Source: Longimicrobiales bacterium
Lineage (GTDB): Bacteria > Gemmatimonadota > Gemmatimonadetes > Longimicrobiales > Gaopeijiaceae
Length of the DNA stretch: 64,000 nt
Reading direction: 5' to 3'
Assembly (NCBI GenBank): GCA_965198065.1
Contig: CBDAON010000004.1
Coordinates: forward strand, 1,568,001-1,632,000
The position numbers and the translations under genes are program-made. The notes under the pieces were generated by a model, which saw only the letters and a list, made by a program, of their open reading frames with translations, did no database searches and was not told the origin of the DNA. Positions within the stretch are counted from its first letter, which is position 1, and every line of letters starts with the position of its first letter. Shown here piece by piece: positions 61,434 through 64,000 of the stretch.

Positions 61434-62137
61434 CCTTCGGCTTGGCTCGACGGGCGCGCGGGGAGGAGCTCATGGACCGGCCGGACGTGCCGGAGGAGGA
61501 GCTCCGGGTCGCTCTCGAGCACGTGGCCGAAGCCAACTACCGCTTCGCGGGACTTCGGTCCCTCGTTCGCCACCTCGCCCCTTACGCGGCCGGCAGGGCG
61601 GAGCTTTCGCTCCTCGACGTCGGGGTCGGAAACGGGGCGATCTGCCGCGATGTCTCGCGGGCGTTTGCCCGGCGCGGCGTGCGAGTCCGGTGGGTGGGAC
61701 TCGATCTGCATCCGGTGGCGCTCAGAATCGCGAGGGCCGAGCTCGCGGGTGCGGACGGGCTCGGCGGCCTCGTGCGGGGGGAGGCGACGCGTCTCCCCTT
61801 CTTGGACGGCGCGTTCGACGTGTCCACGGCAACGCTCACGATGCATCATCTGGTCGATGCGGACTGCGTGGCGACGCTCTCGGAGATGGCGCGCGTGAGC
61901 CGGCTCGCGGTCGTCGTGAGCGACCTCGAGCGCGGGCTCGTGAACTATCTGGGCGCGCAGCTCCTCTCGATGACGCTCTGGCGGAGGGATCGCTTGACGC
62001 GACACGACGCCGGGCTCTCGGTTCGCCGTTCGTTCACGGCGAGTGAGCTGCTCGCGCTGGGACGGCGGGCCCCGTTCGCGTCCGTTCGCGTGCGGCGGCA
62101 CTTCCCCTTCCGACTGGTCCTGGAGGGGCGGCGATGA
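61430..62137 (+). CDS. Class I SAM-dependent methyltransferase
   Basis: ELMD, LLDVGVGNG, LPFLDGAFDV..MHH, HDAGLSVRRSF. Confidence 0.88.
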   Translation: MTFGLARRARGEELMDRPDVPEEELRVALEHVAEANYRFAGLRSLVRHLAPYAAGRAELSLLDVGVGNGAICRDVSRAFARRGVRVRWVGLDLHPVALRIARAELAGADGLGGLVRGEATRLPFLDGAFDVSTATLTMHHLVDADCVATLSEMARVSRLAVVVSDLERGLVNYLGAQLLSMTLWRRDRLTRHDAGLSVRRSFTASELLALGRRAPFASVRVRRHFPFRLVLEGRR

Positions 62138-63357
62138 CCCCGCGGGTCGAGAGAGCGGAAGTCGTCGTGGTGGGCGCGGGTCCCGCGGGCAGCGCGCTCG
62201 CCGGGGAGCTCGCCGCTCGCGGCAGGAAGGTGCTTCTGGTGGACCGGCGCCTCTTTCCGCGGGCGAAGCCCTGCGGGGAGTGCGTGAGCCCGGGCGGGGT
62301 CCGCGCCCTCCGGCGGCTCGGGCTGTCCGGGGCCGTCGAGGGGACCGGGCCCGTTCCTCTCGACGGCTGGTCCCTCTCCACCCCTTCCGGCGCTCGCGCC
62401 TGGGCCGCGTTTCCGCGGTCCGAGCGTGGATGGGGCGTGGATCGGGGCACGTTCGATGCCGCTCTCCTCGGGGAGGCGCGACGGCGCGGTGCGAAGGTGA
62501 TTGAGGGGGTGCACGTCCGCCGCGTGGCCACCGGGTGCGCCTTGGAGCTCCCTCGGGCCTGGGGCGTGGCGGCCGGGGGTGAGGAGTGGTGCCTGACCGG
62601 CTCGGTGCTCGTCGGGGCTGACGGGCTCCGATCCGTCGTCGCGAGGGAGATTGGAGCGCTCCGGCGACAGCCCCGGCTCCGCAAGGTCTCGCTCACGTGG
62701 CGGATCCGCGGCACCGGCCCCCCGGACGACCGCGGACACCTCCTCCTAGGGGGCGAGGTCACGGTAGGACTCGCCCCGGTTCCGAGCCCCAGCGGCGAGC
62801 GAGACCGATGGAACGCGACGCTCGTGGTGGATGCCCCTAGGCTTGGGCGGGAGCTGCCCCAACGCGGGTGGGACCTCCTGACTCGGGGACTCCAGCTCCT
62901 CACGGGCGCGTGGGCGTCAGGGCCTGTGGCGTGCGACGGGCCCTGGGCCAGTGGACCGTTCGACTGGTCCACGGATCGGGTGCGCAAGGATCGCGTCGTT
63001 CTGGTGGGCGACGCCGCAGGGTACTACGATCCCCTGACGGGTCAGGGGATCTATCGGGCCCTCAGGGGGGCGGAGCTCGCGGCTGGCGTCATCGACGGGG
63101 CTCTCGTGAATCGAGGCTCGCCGCCGCGCTGGCCGGTCGCCGCCGGAGGGCTTGAGGAGTGCGGGCTCTCTACGTTTGCGGAAACGGTGGGCGGAGCCTT
63201 CACGGCCGGAGAGCGGGTCCAGCGGATGATCGAGGGCGTGCTCTCGCGCCCGACGCTCCGGGAGCCGGCGCTCTCGTTCCTCGGGTGGAGTCCGCGAGCG
63301 AGCTCGTTCCTCGCGGGGATCGTGGGGGACGTGCCGACTCGCCGACCCTTCGCGTGA
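62134..63357 (+). CDS. FAD-dependent oxidoreductase (geranylgeranyl reductase/halogenase-like)
   Basis: VGAGPAGS, FPRAKPCGE, GADG, VGDAAG..DPLTGQGI. Confidence 0.85.
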   Translation: MTPRVERAEVVVVGAGPAGSALAGELAARGRKVLLVDRRLFPRAKPCGECVSPGGVRALRRLGLSGAVEGTGPVPLDGWSLSTPSGARAWAAFPRSERGWGVDRGTFDAALLGEARRRGAKVIEGVHVRRVATGCALELPRAWGVAAGGEEWCLTGSVLVGADGLRSVVAREIGALRRQPRLRKVSLTWRIRGTGPPDDRGHLLLGGEVTVGLAPVPSPSGERDRWNATLVVDAPRLGRELPQRGWDLLTRGLQLLTGAWASGPVACDGPWASGPFDWSTDRVRKDRVVLVGDAAGYYDPLTGQGIYRALRGAELAAGVIDGALVNRGSPPRWPVAAGGLEECGLSTFAETVGGAFTAGERVQRMIEGVLSRPTLREPALSFLGWSPRASSFLAGIVGDVPTRRPFA

Positions 63358-63400
63358 GGCAACGGGGGGTCGTCGAGGAGCGTTCACCGGAGGCGAGACC

Positions 63401-63877
63401 TTGAAGCGCGTGGACGAGGCCGCAGCCCTGGCGCCCGCCGACATCTGCTTCCGCGTCGCCTCCGACGTGGAGCGCTGGCCCGAGATCCTTCCCCATTACC
63501 GTTGGGTGCGGTTCCGGACGAAGCACGGTCCCGGTCGCGGTGTCGTGGAGATGGCGGCCTGGAGGCCCTTCCCGCTCTTCCGATGGCCCACGTGGTGGGT
63601 TTCGGAAATGGAGTCGGACGCGTCGGGCCGCACCGTTCGCTATCGCCACGTGGAGGGGATTACGAAGGGAATGAACGTCGTCTGGGAGGTGCGACCCGAG
63701 GCGGATGGGCGCACGAGGCTTCGGATCGTGCACGAGTGGGGCGGCCCGAGGTGGCCCGTGATCGGGGGCGCCCTGGCTCAGCTCGTGATCGGTCCCGGAT
63801 TCATCTCGCCCATTGCCGGGCGCACCCTCGGCGGCGTCGTACGCGAGGCCGAGTCGCGCGCCGGAGCCGCCGGATGA
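63401..63877 (+). CDS. SRPBCC (polyketide cyclase/aromatase-like) protein
   Basis: DVERWPEILPHY, HVEGITKGMNVVW. Confidence 0.8.
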   Translation: MKRVDEAAALAPADICFRVASDVERWPEILPHYRWVRFRTKHGPGRGVVEMAAWRPFPLFRWPTWWVSEMESDASGRTVRYRHVEGITKGMNVVWEVRPEADGRTRLRIVHEWGGPRWPVIGGALAQLVIGPGFISPIAGRTLGGVVREAESRAGAAG

Positions 63878-64000
63878 TTCGAGAGGGAGCCCGGCCACGC
63901 CGGGTGGCGATTACCGGGATCGGCGTCATCACGGCGGCGGGCATCGGGATCGACGAGCTCTGGCGGAACCTCCGGGTCTACCGGTCACCGGTGAGGGAGG
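63874..64000 (+). CDS. Beta-ketoacyl-ACP synthase (FabF/KS-like), partial
   Basis: RRVAITGIGVITAAGIG..LW; runs off the window. Confidence 0.75.
   Translation, partial: MIREGARPRRVAITGIGVITAAGIGIDELWRNLRVYRSPVRE

Overview
High-GC (~70% by eye) bacterial chromosome segment; gene content suggests a Gemmatimonadota-type organism (inference). Most of it is ordinary metabolism and housekeeping: agmatine deiminase, ilvA, M42/M20 peptidases, ctaA, glcDEF-like genes, an NtrY/X-like two-component pair, a MoxR-like AAA/VWA pair, a lytic transglycosylase, a site-2 protease and lon. Four things stand out. (1) mutY is disrupted by an exact 28-bp duplication flanking a 33-bp foreign, G-initiated insert, the geometry of a type I-E Cas1-Cas2 spacer integration at an off-target repeat-like site. 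(2) A GspE/PilB ATPase gene is split by a ~7.8-kb phage-derived cassette with no recombinase; it encodes a giant polyvalent protein (ParB-like, zeta-toxin-like, HExxH peptidase, LPD38). (3) Inside that giant gene, straight after the toxin domain, sits an unlisted 55-aa out-of-frame nested gene with its own sigma70-like promoter and RBS, a candidate antitoxin. (4) A ~17-kb co-oriented respiratory locus couples a CydA-like protein lacking CydB and a Q-loop, three cytochromes c and a blue-copper lipoprotein to an A1-type aa3 oxidase, preceded by a maturation module (radical SAM, USP, Mrp, ferredoxin, ABC) sharing four PCP_red-like domains. Several accessory genes are pseudogenised. All domain calls are by-eye motif recognition, not database searches.
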